From: an uncultured Bacilli bacterium | GTDB taxonomy: Bacteria; Bacillota_I; Bacilli_A; RF39; UBA660 | Direction: 5' to 3' | Assembly: GCA_910587065.1 (NCBI GenBank) | Contig: CAJUMA010000003.1 | Span: 92,602-156,601 of the forward strand | DNA length: 64,000 nt | Shown: positions 46,118 through 55,185 of the stretch, in pieces | How positions within the stretch are numbered: the stretch's first letter is position 1 | Layout: each line of letters begins with the position of its first letter | The notes under the pieces: model-generated | The model's input: the letters and a program-made list of their open reading frames with translations, nothing else | Database searches by the model: none | What the model was told of the DNA's origin: nothing | Translations under genes and position numbers: made by a program

Positions 46118-48214
46118 ATGAATTCACAAAAAGAAGATGTTTTAGAAAAATACGGCCGTGATATAACAATCCTAGCAAAAGATAATAAAATTGATCCAGT
46201 TATTGGTCGTGATGAAGAAATCCGTAATCTAATTAGGATTCTTTCTCGTAAAACCAAAAATAATCCAGTCCTAATTGGTAATCCAGGTACTGGTAAAACC
46301 GCGATTGTTGAAGGGTTAGCTGGAAGAATTATCAAAGGAGATATTCCAGATACTTTAAAGAATAAAACAGTTTGGGAACTAGATTTATCTGCTTTAGTAG
46401 CTGGTGCTAAATATCAAGGTGAATTTGAAGAAAGATTTAAAGCTGTTCTTGACCGTGTATTAGAGTCTAATGGCGATATTATCATGTTTATTGATGAAAT
46501 ACATATGATAACAGGTGCTGGATCTAGTTCAGCTATGAATGTTGGGAATATGCTAAAACCGATGCTTGCAAGAGGAGAAATTCGTTTAATAGGCGCAACA
46601 ACGTTAAATGAGTATCGAGAATATATTGAAAAAGATGGAGCTTTAGAAAGAAGACTTCAAAAAATTAAAGTATCTGAACCTAATGTAGTAGATACTTTAA
46701 CAATCCTTCGAGGATTAAAAGAAAGATTTGAAGTATTTCACGGTGTTACGATAAAAGATGCAGCCCTTATATCCGCTGTTAACTTATCTGATAGATATAT
46801 CACCGATAGATTTTTACCTGATAAAGCCATAGATTTAGTTGATGAAGCCTGTGCGACAATTAAAATGCAAATGAATTCTGTACCAACAGACTTAGATGAG
46901 ATGAACCGTTCTATTATGACACTTGAAATAGAAAGAGAAGCTCTAAAACGTGAAAAAGACACTAAATCAGTCACTCGTGTTAAAGAAATAGACGAAGAGA
47001 TGAAAGACTTAAAAACGAAAGCTGATGAATATCGAAAAGTTTGGGAAGAAGAGAAAAAACTTAAAAATTTAATAAATTCTAAAAAAGAAAAACTAGAAAA
47101 ATTAAGATTTGAATTAGCTCAAGCTGAAGATTCTTATGATTTAGAAAAAGCTGCTCGCTTAAAACATGGAGAAATACCAAATTTAGAAATGGAATTATCT
47201 CAGCTTAAACTAAGTATGTCATCATCTGTTTTATCGGATACTGTTGACAGTGAAGATATTGCAAATATTGTTAGTAAATGGACTAATGTTCCTGTAACGA
47301 AACTTGTAGGTGGCGAAAAAGAAAAACTATTAAATTTAAAAGAAAATCTAGCCACCCGTGTTAAGGGACAAGATGAAGCCATTGAACTTGTATCAAACGC
47401 TATAATTCGTGCAAGGAGTGGAATAAAAGATCCTGCAAGACCAATTGGTTCCTTTATTTTCATGGGACCAACTGGTGTAGGTAAAACGGAGATAGCAAAA
47501 AGTTTAGCTTATGAACTATTTGATGATGAAAGACACATGATACGAATTGATTGCTCAGAATATATGGAAGCATTTAATGTGTCACGCTTACTTGGAGCAC
47601 CTCCAGGCTATGTAGGTTATGAATCAGGTGGTGAATTAACTGAAGCTATAAGAAGGAACCCTTATTCTATCGTCTTATTTGATGAAATAGAAAAAGCTCA
47701 TCCAGATGTCTTTAATATTTTACTTCAAATACTTGATGATGGTAGAATCACAGACTCGCAAGGTCGTGTTATTGATTTTAAAAACACGATTATTATCATG
47801 ACTTCTAATCTTGGAAGTGATATTATCCTAAATAATGAAGCTAATCGCGAAGAACTTGTAATGAATTTATTAAAATCAACATTTAGACCTGAATTAATAA
47901 ACAGAATAGATGAAATAATAACGTTTAATTCTATAACCAAAACTGTGGCTTATGAAATACTTGATAGATTAATAAGTGATTTAAATAAAAGATTAAATCA
48001 AATATTTATTAATGTTATGTTATCTGATAAAGCGAAAATAAAAGTTATTGAAGAATCTTTTGATAAAGAGTTTGGAGCTCGTCCCGTTAAAAGATATTTA
48101 ACTAAATACATCGAAAATATAATTTCTAAATATATCTTGGAAAATGAGATAACAGAAACAACAGAACTATTAATAGATGTCGAAAATGAAGAATATAAAA
48201 TAAAATGCGTATAA
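46118..48214 (+). CDS. clpB: ClpB-type AAA+ disaggregase lacking the N-terminal domain
   Basis: Starts directly at the LEKYGRDIT...PVIGRDEEIRNLIRILSRKTKNNPVLIGNPGTGKT block. Two AAA+ modules (NBD1 Walker A GNPGTGKTA; NBD2 GPTGVGKTE). Coiled-coil M-domain. No ~150-aa N-domain is encoded, because a terminator hairpin and RBS immediately precede the ATG. Confidence 0.85.
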   Translation: MNSQKEDVLEKYGRDITILAKDNKIDPVIGRDEEIRNLIRILSRKTKNNPVLIGNPGTGKTAIVEGLAGRIIKGDIPDTLKNKTVWELDLSALVAGAKYQGEFEERFKAVLDRVLESNGDIIMFIDEIHMITGAGSSSAMNVGNMLKPMLARGEIRLIGATTLNEYREYIEKDGALERRLQKIKVSEPNVVDTLTILRGLKERFEVFHGVTIKDAALISAVNLSDRYITDRFLPDKAIDLVDEACATIKMQMNSVPTDLDEMNRSIMTLEIEREALKREKDTKSVTRVKEIDEEMKDLKTKADEYRKVWEEEKKLKNLINSKKEKLEKLRFELAQAEDSYDLEKAARLKHGEIPNLEMELSQLKLSMSSSVLSDTVDSEDIANIVSKWTNVPVTKLVGGEKEKLLNLKENLATRVKGQDEAIELVSNAIIRARSGIKDPARPIGSFIFMGPTGVGKTEIAKSLAYELFDDERHMIRIDCSEYMEAFNVSRLLGAPPGYVGYESGGELTEAIRRNPYSIVLFDEIEKAHPDVFNILLQILDDGRITDSQGRVIDFKNTIIIMTSNLGSDIILNNEANREELVMNLLKSTFRPELINRIDEIITFNSITKTVAYEILDRLISDLNKRLNQIFINVMLSDKAKIKVIEESFDKEFGARPVKRYLTKYIENIISKYILENEITETTELLIDVENEEYKIKCV

Positions 48215-48344
48215 AAAAAATAAATTCGCCAATAATATAAATGTGGTTATTTAGTAATCACAGATTTCTCTTAAAGACATACAGAAATGTATGTCTTTTC
48301 AAGTTAACAAAACTTTGATAAAATACATAATATGAGGTGAAAGT

Positions 48345-48656
48345 ATGAAGTATGATGATAGATTTAAATATTTAGTTGGCGGATACTATGGAATAAAAAC
48401 GATGGATGAATATGAATCCAAACTTTATATTTTAAAAGATATTGAAGAATATATAATAAATTATTGCCAAAATGATACTTCTATTGATTATAAATCTATT
48501 GCCGATGAAATATATGAAAATACTTCAATAAAAGAAAAACTTCAAGATAGTTTAATTTTGCTGCATGATATAAAAGGACCAATTGAATTAATAATAATGA
48601 TTAAACAAAAAATAAAAGAAATAAAATATAATGAAGACCACTCTAGAATAATTTGA
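48345..48656 (+). CDS. hypothetical small protein
   Basis: ORF with RBS GAGGTGA. Confidence 0.4.
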   Translation: MKYDDRFKYLVGGYYGIKTMDEYESKLYILKDIEEYIINYCQNDTSIDYKSIADEIYENTSIKEKLQDSLILLHDIKGPIELIIMIKQKIKEIKYNEDHSRII

Positions 48657-48741
48657 CTTTAATAAGTCATTTTTTTATGCTCAAATTTGACAAAAACAGT
48701 ATTTTTTGATAGCATATTCCCCAATTCAAGGGGGAATAAAT

Positions 48742-49209
48742 GTGAGAATAGATAGAATATTAGGGGTAATTCTATCCATCTTAGTTATATCATTCATTGT
48801 ATTAAAACAATTTAATACAGATGAAGAACCATTTGAATTAATTGGTGATAATGGCTATATGGAAAATTCAAGTATTAGCTACCAAGACAAAGTTCTTAAT
48901 AAGAATGAGTCTACTAAGGAAATCATTGAATATACAAACACCAATAATTATCCTGTAGAAATAAAAAATAATGACATAATAATTACTTGTACAGGGTCTG
49001 GTAGTACAAAAGAGGAAGATGAAGCCTTAGCTGAAAAGAATTATCATATTAATGCTAAGTTTTCAGAAACTAAAAATGGAAGTCAATATAGTTCATTAAA
49101 AGTGCCAAGAAAGTCTAAAGCTTTTATTCATGTAGTATCAGAATATTTAGGTGATTTACCAAATAATTCTGTAAGCTGTGAATATAAGCTTAATATCCAA
49201 GCTGACTAA
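48742..49209 (+). CDS. hypothetical membrane-anchored protein (GTG start)
   Basis: RBS AAGGGGGA 7 nt before GTG 48742. One TM (ILGVILSILVISFIVL). Confidence 0.4.
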   Translation: MRIDRILGVILSILVISFIVLKQFNTDEEPFELIGDNGYMENSSISYQDKVLNKNESTKEIIEYTNTNNYPVEIKNNDIIITCTGSGSTKEEDEALAEKNYHINAKFSETKNGSQYSSLKVPRKSKAFIHVVSEYLGDLPNNSVSCEYKLNIQAD

Positions 49210-49297
49210 TTTGACAAATAAACAATAATTTGGTATTATATGCCACATAAGTTTGGGGGAATACAGACTTAAAAGAATAAAAAGGGGGCATTATTTT

Positions 49298-50299
49298 ATG
49301 AGTAAAGGACGCTTACGTGATACTTTACAATACACACCATATATATTGCCGATTCTCTTAGCTGGGGGAGTAGTAATTTATTCTTTACACGGAGAAATAA
49401 AAGACACTATTAATTACAATAAAGTTCAAAAAGAACTAGAAAATATTAATGAAGAAGAATCTTTTGAATATCCGGTATTTGAAGAATTACCTGAAGAAGT
49501 AAAAGTAACACCAAAAGAAGAGTTACCCGCATATCCAACTGAAGAGGAAGAAATACCTGAGGCAATGGAAGAGTTTGCTGAAGAAGTAGAGGAACCTAAG
49601 TATCCAATATCTGATGAACTCCTAACGAGCGGTTATGAATTCAAAAAAATAAATTTTGATGAATTAACAGAAAGAAATTCTGATGTTAACGCTTGGATTG
49701 AAGTAGCTGGAACAAAGATAGATTATCCAATCATGTATGCTCCAGAAAAAGACAATATTGAGACAGGTGAATATTACTACTTACATCATGATATTGATAA
49801 TGAAAATTCACACTCAGGAACACCATTCATCTTTGGGATGAGTAATCCAGTAGATGATAACTTAGAAAATATGAGTGATGTATCAATTATCTATGGGCAT
49901 CATATGAAAGGTGGTAAAGTATTTGCTAATGTAACGAATTACATGAGTCAATCATATTATGATGAACATCCATTTGGTGTTATATACACAAAAGATGGAT
50001 ATGCTTACAAGATAACATTCTTTGCGGGGATAATAACTCCAGGAAAAAATAACAAAGATGTTTATGTAAGTGAGTTTGTTACAGAAGATTTATTCGACTC
50101 ATATATCGAAAATGCTCGTGAAAAGTCGACATTTGAAAGCGATGTTGAAGTAAATTATGGAGATAAAATAATGGTTTTATTCACTTGTGAATATACAAGA
50201 GGTGCTGATTCAAGATATGCCTTATTTGGTGTAATTGATAAACAGTACACAAATGAATTACAAATTAGTAACAACGATGAAATTCATCGTTCAAGATAA
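49298..50299 (+). CDS. srtB: class B sortase
   Basis: N-terminal TM. Motifs IDYPIMY, YYLHHD, IYGHHMKGG. Catalytic TLxTC as VLFTCEY. Conserved Arg in ...GADSRYALFGV. ATG 49298 with RBS AAAGGGGG. Confidence 0.75.
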   Translation: MSKGRLRDTLQYTPYILPILLAGGVVIYSLHGEIKDTINYNKVQKELENINEEESFEYPVFEELPEEVKVTPKEELPAYPTEEEEIPEAMEEFAEEVEEPKYPISDELLTSGYEFKKINFDELTERNSDVNAWIEVAGTKIDYPIMYAPEKDNIETGEYYYLHHDIDNENSHSGTPFIFGMSNPVDDNLENMSDVSIIYGHHMKGGKVFANVTNYMSQSYYDEHPFGVIYTKDGYAYKITFFAGIITPGKNNKDVYVSEFVTEDLFDSYIENAREKSTFESDVEVNYGDKIMVLFTCEYTRGADSRYALFGVIDKQYTNELQISNNDEIHRSR

Positions 50300-50313
50300 T
50301 GGAGGAAAAGAAA

Positions 50314-51081
50314 ATGGAAAGATTAAATAAGATTAGATTTTATGCACCAATGTATTTATTAGCAGCAGGGCTAACATTTGGTTGTCCAAGTATGACTGCT
50401 TTTGCAGAAGAAGATACTGTAACTTCAGAAACACAGGACGAGGAAAACAAATCAGAGAATAATGTTCAAACTCAATCTTCAGAATCATATTCAGATGAAG
50501 TATTATACGAAGAAACAGAAGATAATTATACTACTGATGATATTCCTGATGAATCACAAAAAAGTGATGAAGAAAAAGCTCAAGAAGAAGCTGCAAGACA
50601 AGAAGAGGAAAGAAGAGCTCAAGAAGAAGCAGATAAAGCAAGAGAAGAAGCTGCAAGAATAGAAGAAGAAAAGAAACAACAAGATGCAATAATCGGAAGC
50701 ACAGACATTGATCCAGAAGATGAAAAGTATAATACAGGAAGAAAAGAAATACCCGATACAGTTCAAACTGAAGCTGAAAGAAAAGGTATAGATCCTATTC
50801 CAGGAAAACCAGGTAAGCCAGGAAAACCAGAAGAACCAGGTAGCCCAGAGGGGACTCCAGCTCCTGAAACACAAACTACACCAACTCCAGAAAAAACAGT
50901 AGTAACCGAAATCTCTATTACACCAAAAACAGGAATGCCTGTAGGTGGTGTAGTACTAACTGGTTGTGGAATAGGTCTTGGTTTAGCTGCAACCAATGTC
51001 TTAGTTAGCAAAATTCAAATGAACAAGGTTGTTGGTTCGAAAAAGAAATTTAAAAAGAAATCTAAAAAACGTACTAGATAG
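50314..51081 (+). CDS. sortase-B substrate: secreted acidic and collagen-like (PGKPGKPGKPEEPGSP) protein with a TPKTG sorting signal
   Basis: Signal peptide, then Glu/Arg-rich coiled region, then a Gly-Pro-Lys triplet. C-terminal ITPKTG, then a hydrophobic stretch, then a KKKFKKKSKKRTR tail. The (S/P)PxTG-type motif is as recognised by C. difficile SrtB. Confidence 0.6.
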   Translation: MERLNKIRFYAPMYLLAAGLTFGCPSMTAFAEEDTVTSETQDEENKSENNVQTQSSESYSDEVLYEETEDNYTTDDIPDESQKSDEEKAQEEAARQEEERRAQEEADKAREEAARIEEEKKQQDAIIGSTDIDPEDEKYNTGRKEIPDTVQTEAERKGIDPIPGKPGKPGKPEEPGSPEGTPAPETQTTPTPEKTVVTEISITPKTGMPVGGVVLTGCGIGLGLAATNVLVSKIQMNKVVGSKKKFKKKSKKRTR

Positions 51082-51087
51082 TAGATA

Positions 51088-51123
51088 AAAAAAGAAATTG
51101 GTCAAATCAATTTCTTTTTTTTT
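51088..51123 (+). terminator. rho-independent terminator after the sortase operon
   Basis: agaaattg-gtcaaat-caatttct followed by T9. Confidence 0.65.
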
Positions 51124-51227
51124 GTTTATTTACATATATAAATAGTAAACCATGGGTAAATTTTGTACACTCTTATTTATCAACATGGTTCAGTTGTAGT
51201 ATAATATAGCCATAGGCGGTGATTTAA

Positions 51228-52220
51228 ATGCTAATATTAGCAAAATCAATTCTTGGTCTAGCACTAGGTTTTGTCTTAGCCATAGTTGTTGGGCTTATCG
51301 TGATTCCTGTATTAAAGCAACTAAAAGCTGGACAAAATGTTAGTCGACTAATTAATAAAAGACATTTAAAAAAAGAAGGAACTCCAACTATTGGTGGACT
51401 AATATTTATAATACCTCCAATAATTGCTGTTTCCATGCTGACTTTAAGAGGAAGTGTTGTTATATCTGCAAACTTAGTAATCGTGCTCTTTGTCTTTTTA
51501 GGTTACGCTTTACTTGGATTTATTGATGATTTCTTAAAGATTAAATTTCATAATAATAAGGGATTATCAACCATGACAAAGTTTGTAGCACAACTCTTAA
51601 TAGCCGTTATATTTTATACCATATATAAACATAATGGAGGCACTACAACCCTAGAGATAACGTTATTTAACTTTAAGTGGGATATGGGTTGGCTATATGG
51701 AATATTTATCTTATTTTTGCTTGTAGGAACAACGAATGCTGTTAATATCACAGATGGACTAGATGGTTTATGTGGTGGTTTATCAGTTATGGCATTCTTA
51801 AGTTATGGAGTTATAACATGGGGTAGTGACTGGATACCTGGCTACGAAGGAATGGCAATATTTTCTTTCATATTAGTAGGGGCTCTTTTAGGGTTTTTAC
51901 TTTTTAATTCTCATCCAGCTCGCGTATTCATGGGGGATACTGGTTCTCTTGCTTTAGGCGGAGCTCTTGCAACGATTGCTATACTTACACATCATGAATT
52001 ATCCCTTGCGCTTATTGGTGGAGTATTCGTAATTGAAACACTTTCGAGTCTAATTCAAATAATTTCGATAAGAAAGTTTAACAAAAAAGTATTTTTAAAA
52101 GCCCCAGTTCATCATCATTTTGAAGAACTTGGTTGGACTGAAACAGACATTGTTAAAATATTCTGGACAATTGGCTTTTTATTAGCTATGTTTGGTGTAA
52201 TCTATGGTGTTTGGTTATAA
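51228..52220 (+). CDS. mraY: phospho-N-acetylmuramoyl-pentapeptide transferase
   Basis: Ten-TM protein with conserved MraY blocks (KEGTPTIGG; DDFLKI; NAVNITDGLDGL; HHHFE). Confidence 0.9.
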   Translation: MLILAKSILGLALGFVLAIVVGLIVIPVLKQLKAGQNVSRLINKRHLKKEGTPTIGGLIFIIPPIIAVSMLTLRGSVVISANLVIVLFVFLGYALLGFIDDFLKIKFHNNKGLSTMTKFVAQLLIAVIFYTIYKHNGGTTTLEITLFNFKWDMGWLYGIFILFLLVGTTNAVNITDGLDGLCGGLSVMAFLSYGVITWGSDWIPGYEGMAIFSFILVGALLGFLLFNSHPARVFMGDTGSLALGGALATIAILTHHELSLALIGGVFVIETLSSLIQIISIRKFNKKVFLKAPVHHHFEELGWTETDIVKIFWTIGFLLAMFGVIYGVWL

Positions 52221-52260
52221 AGAGGTTAATAATTAGCTTCTTTTTTTCATATAATTAAGT

Positions 52261-53343
52261 ATGAAAAGAAAAATTATATTAGCCATAACCATTTTTTTGA
52301 CATTATTTGGTATTCTAATGATTACTTCCTCATCAAGTATTTGGGCAGAATATAAGTTTAATAATCCTTTTAAGTTTACCATACATCAGTCTTTGTTTGC
52401 ATTTATTGGTCTTTTTTTAATGCTGGTTGTTAGCAAAATTGATTATACGTTGTATTACAAGCACGCCAATAAAATCTTATTGGTTGCCATAATCCTTTTA
52501 ATACTTGTTTTAATCCCTGGAATTGGAATGGTAAGAAATGGTAGTAGAAGTTGGTTTGGTATTGGATCATTTGGTATACAGCCTAGTGAAATTGCAAAAG
52601 TTGCACTTATAATTTTTGTTTCTAAATATTTATCCAAAAACGATCGAAATATGGATAAGATTATAGCATATTCGTTACCAATATTAGGAGTAATAGTTTT
52701 GGTCTTCTTGCTTATTTTATTAGAACCAGATTTTGGAAGTGGAGCAATTATTGTTTTATCATTAGTAGTTCTTATCTTCACATCAAATATTAAAGTATCT
52801 TTTTTTGTAAAGTTAGGTATTGTTGGAATCATTGGGATAGTTGGATTAATATTAGTAGCGCCTTATCGAATGGCAAGAATAGTTGCCTATCTTAATCCTT
52901 GGAGTGATCCTTTAGGAAGTGGATTTCAAATAATCCAAAGTTTATATGCGATTGGTCCTGGTGGATTATTTGGCCTAGGTCTTGGAAATTCAATCCAAAA
53001 ACATTTTTATCTTCCCGAACCTCAAACGGATTTTATTTTTGCTATAATATCAGAGGAACTAGGTTTTATTGGAATTGTTATTCTAGCATCGTGCTATATA
53101 ATACTTTTCTATAATGTCATCAAATTATCATTATGTACTAAAGATTTATTTGGAAAATATTTATCATTTGGTCTTATTATTGAATTAGTCTTACAAACTC
53201 TTTTGAATCTACTAGTTGTAGTAGGTTTAATCCCTGTTACAGGTGTTACATTGCCATTCTTAAGTTATGGTGGTTCATCTTTATTAACTTGTCTTTTAAT
53301 GATTGGAATTATTTTAAATATTGAAAGTAAAGAAAAACATTAA
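52261..53343 (+). CDS. SEDS family protein (FtsW/RodA/SpoVE)
   Basis: Polytopic protein. Conserved blocks PSE(I/F)AK, EPDFGS, LPEPQTDFIFA, and LPFLSYGGSS. Confidence 0.8.
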   Translation: MKRKIILAITIFLTLFGILMITSSSSIWAEYKFNNPFKFTIHQSLFAFIGLFLMLVVSKIDYTLYYKHANKILLVAIILLILVLIPGIGMVRNGSRSWFGIGSFGIQPSEIAKVALIIFVSKYLSKNDRNMDKIIAYSLPILGVIVLVFLLILLEPDFGSGAIIVLSLVVLIFTSNIKVSFFVKLGIVGIIGIVGLILVAPYRMARIVAYLNPWSDPLGSGFQIIQSLYAIGPGGLFGLGLGNSIQKHFYLPEPQTDFIFAIISEELGFIGIVILASCYIILFYNVIKLSLCTKDLFGKYLSFGLIIELVLQTLLNLLVVVGLIPVTGVTLPFLSYGGSSLLTCLLMIGIILNIESKEKH

Positions 53344-53399
53344 TGACTTTAAAGAAAAGAGTAAAAATGTTATAATTTTAATATAAAGGACTGTTGGAT

Positions 53400-54362
53400 A
53401 TGGATATTAAGAAAATAAAAAAAGTTGAATTGCATGTACATTTAGATGGCTCTCTTAATATAAATACGATAAGTGACATTCTAAAAATTGAAAAAGATGA
53501 AATAAAAAACAAATTAATAGCTGATAAAAAATGTAGGGATTTAAATGATTACTTACAAGTATTTGATTTGCCAATTAAAGTAATGCAAACAAAAGAAAGT
53601 CTAATTCGTACATCTAAAGACTTAATAGAAAGTTTCATTAACGATAATGTAATATATGCTGAAGTGCGTTTTGCTCCAAACAAACACACAACTATTTTAA
53701 CTTTAGATGAGGTTATAACTTCTGTATTAGAGGGAATAAAGTCTCTTAAAGTTAAAGTAAAATTAATACTTTGTATGATGCGTGGGGATGATTTTTCAGA
53801 CAACAAAAAAATAATTGATCTTGCTTATAAATATAAAGATGATGGAGTAGTAGGAATTGATTTAGCAGGGGCCGAAGGATTATATAAAACAAGTGATTAT
53901 TTGCCTCTTTTTAAATATGCATCATCCCTTAACATACCATTCACTATTCATGCGGGTGAAGCGGATGGAATAGAGAGTATTAATGCTGCAATATCTGCTG
54001 GAGCAACGAGAATTGGTCATGGTGTAAGAGCAATTGAAAGTAAAGAATGCATTAATAAATTAAAAGAGAAGAATATCCTATTAGAAATATGCCCAACAAG
54101 TAATATACAAACAGGTATTGCTCCATCAATGGAATTACACCCTATAAAAAAATTATATGATAGTGGAGTAAAAGTATCTATTAATACAGATAATAGAACT
54201 GTATCGAATGTTACTTTAAATGAAGAGTACGAAATTTTAGTTAAAGCTTTTGACTTTACAGAAGAAGACTTTAATAAAATGAATGCAGAAGCCATAAAAC
54301 ACAGTTTTCTAAGTGATAGAGATAAGCAAGAACTTATAAACATATTAAAAGAGGCAAGTTAA
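53400..54362 (+). CDS. add: adenosine deaminase
   Basis: HVHLDGSL zinc-binding motif, FTIHAGE block, and SINTDN. ATG 53400. Confidence 0.85.
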   Translation: MDIKKIKKVELHVHLDGSLNINTISDILKIEKDEIKNKLIADKKCRDLNDYLQVFDLPIKVMQTKESLIRTSKDLIESFINDNVIYAEVRFAPNKHTTILTLDEVITSVLEGIKSLKVKVKLILCMMRGDDFSDNKKIIDLAYKYKDDGVVGIDLAGAEGLYKTSDYLPLFKYASSLNIPFTIHAGEADGIESINAAISAGATRIGHGVRAIESKECINKLKEKNILLEICPTSNIQTGIAPSMELHPIKKLYDSGVKVSINTDNRTVSNVTLNEEYEILVKAFDFTEEDFNKMNAEAIKHSFLSDRDKQELINILKEAS

Positions 54363-54378
54363 TTGTCTCTTATTTTAA

Positions 54379-55014
54379 TTATTCCTTAATATGAAGTGAG
54401 TTTATAATTTTTAACATCTCAACTTGTATTTTTGTGTTTTCCAAAGTTTCTTTTGCATCATAATTAACTATTAATAAATAATAATTATTTAGAACGCTAA
54501 ATATAAATTGATTCGTATTATCTTGAGAATAAGTAAAAGTATTAATATTACCCAATTTCTCTTCATTTTTAAAATCACTATTTATATAAGCTTCATATTC
54601 ACTTGCTAATATTGTTTTAAATTCAATGCTATAAGCATTGTTGCTTTTATAGAATATTGTACTTTTTGAGGCACCAAAAGTTTTAGAAGGATAGTTAACG
54701 ATAACTTTATCAAATAAAAATTCTTTTGCTAAATCTTCTTTTTCTTCCATTGTATTTTCTAGAGGTTGTTTATTTGATTTTTTATAATCATTTACTACAT
54801 AAAAAACTATAAAACCAGTAATTAATACAATTAATAATAAAGCGAAAATATATTTTATTCTTTTTTTGTCTTCTTTTGCCTTTACTATTTTAGGATTAAG
54901 TATAATTTCTTTTGTTTCCTCTAAAACATTTTCAACTTGTGAATTATCGTATCCACAAGACTCACAAATAACATCGTTGTCTGGAATTAATGTATGGCAT
55001 TTTTTACAATACAT
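54379..55014 (-). CDS. zinc-ribbon membrane protein of unknown function
   Basis: N-terminal C..C-x14-C..C zinc ribbon (MYCKKCHTLIPDNDVICESCG), one TM, and an extracytoplasmic domain. ATG 55014 with RBS GAGGTGA. Confidence 0.5.
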   Translation of the reverse strand: MYCKKCHTLIPDNDVICESCGYDNSQVENVLEETKEIILNPKIVKAKEDKKRIKYIFALLLIVLITGFIVFYVVNDYKKSNKQPLENTMEEKEDLAKEFLFDKVIVNYPSKTFGASKSTIFYKSNNAYSIEFKTILASEYEAYINSDFKNEEKLGNINTFTYSQDNTNQFIFSVLNNYYLLIVNYDAKETLENTKIQVEMLKIINSLHIKE

Positions 55015-55185
55015 TCGTATCACCTCAGTATCTTATATAATTATAACAATGATTTAAAAAAAATAGCAACAAAATATTATGAAATATTTTTTTTGCTTTT
55101 GGGAATAATATAGAAGAAAATTAGTTTATGAAGTATTTACATAAAAACTTGATAATGCTATAATTTAATCATAGGATGTGGATAT

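Noticed and set aside
50462-50874. ORFs 50462-50662 (+) and 50554-50874 (-) inside the sortase-substrate gene
   Set aside because: Generated by the purine-rich GAA/AAG repeat region. Nested in a CDS with signal peptide and sorting signal.
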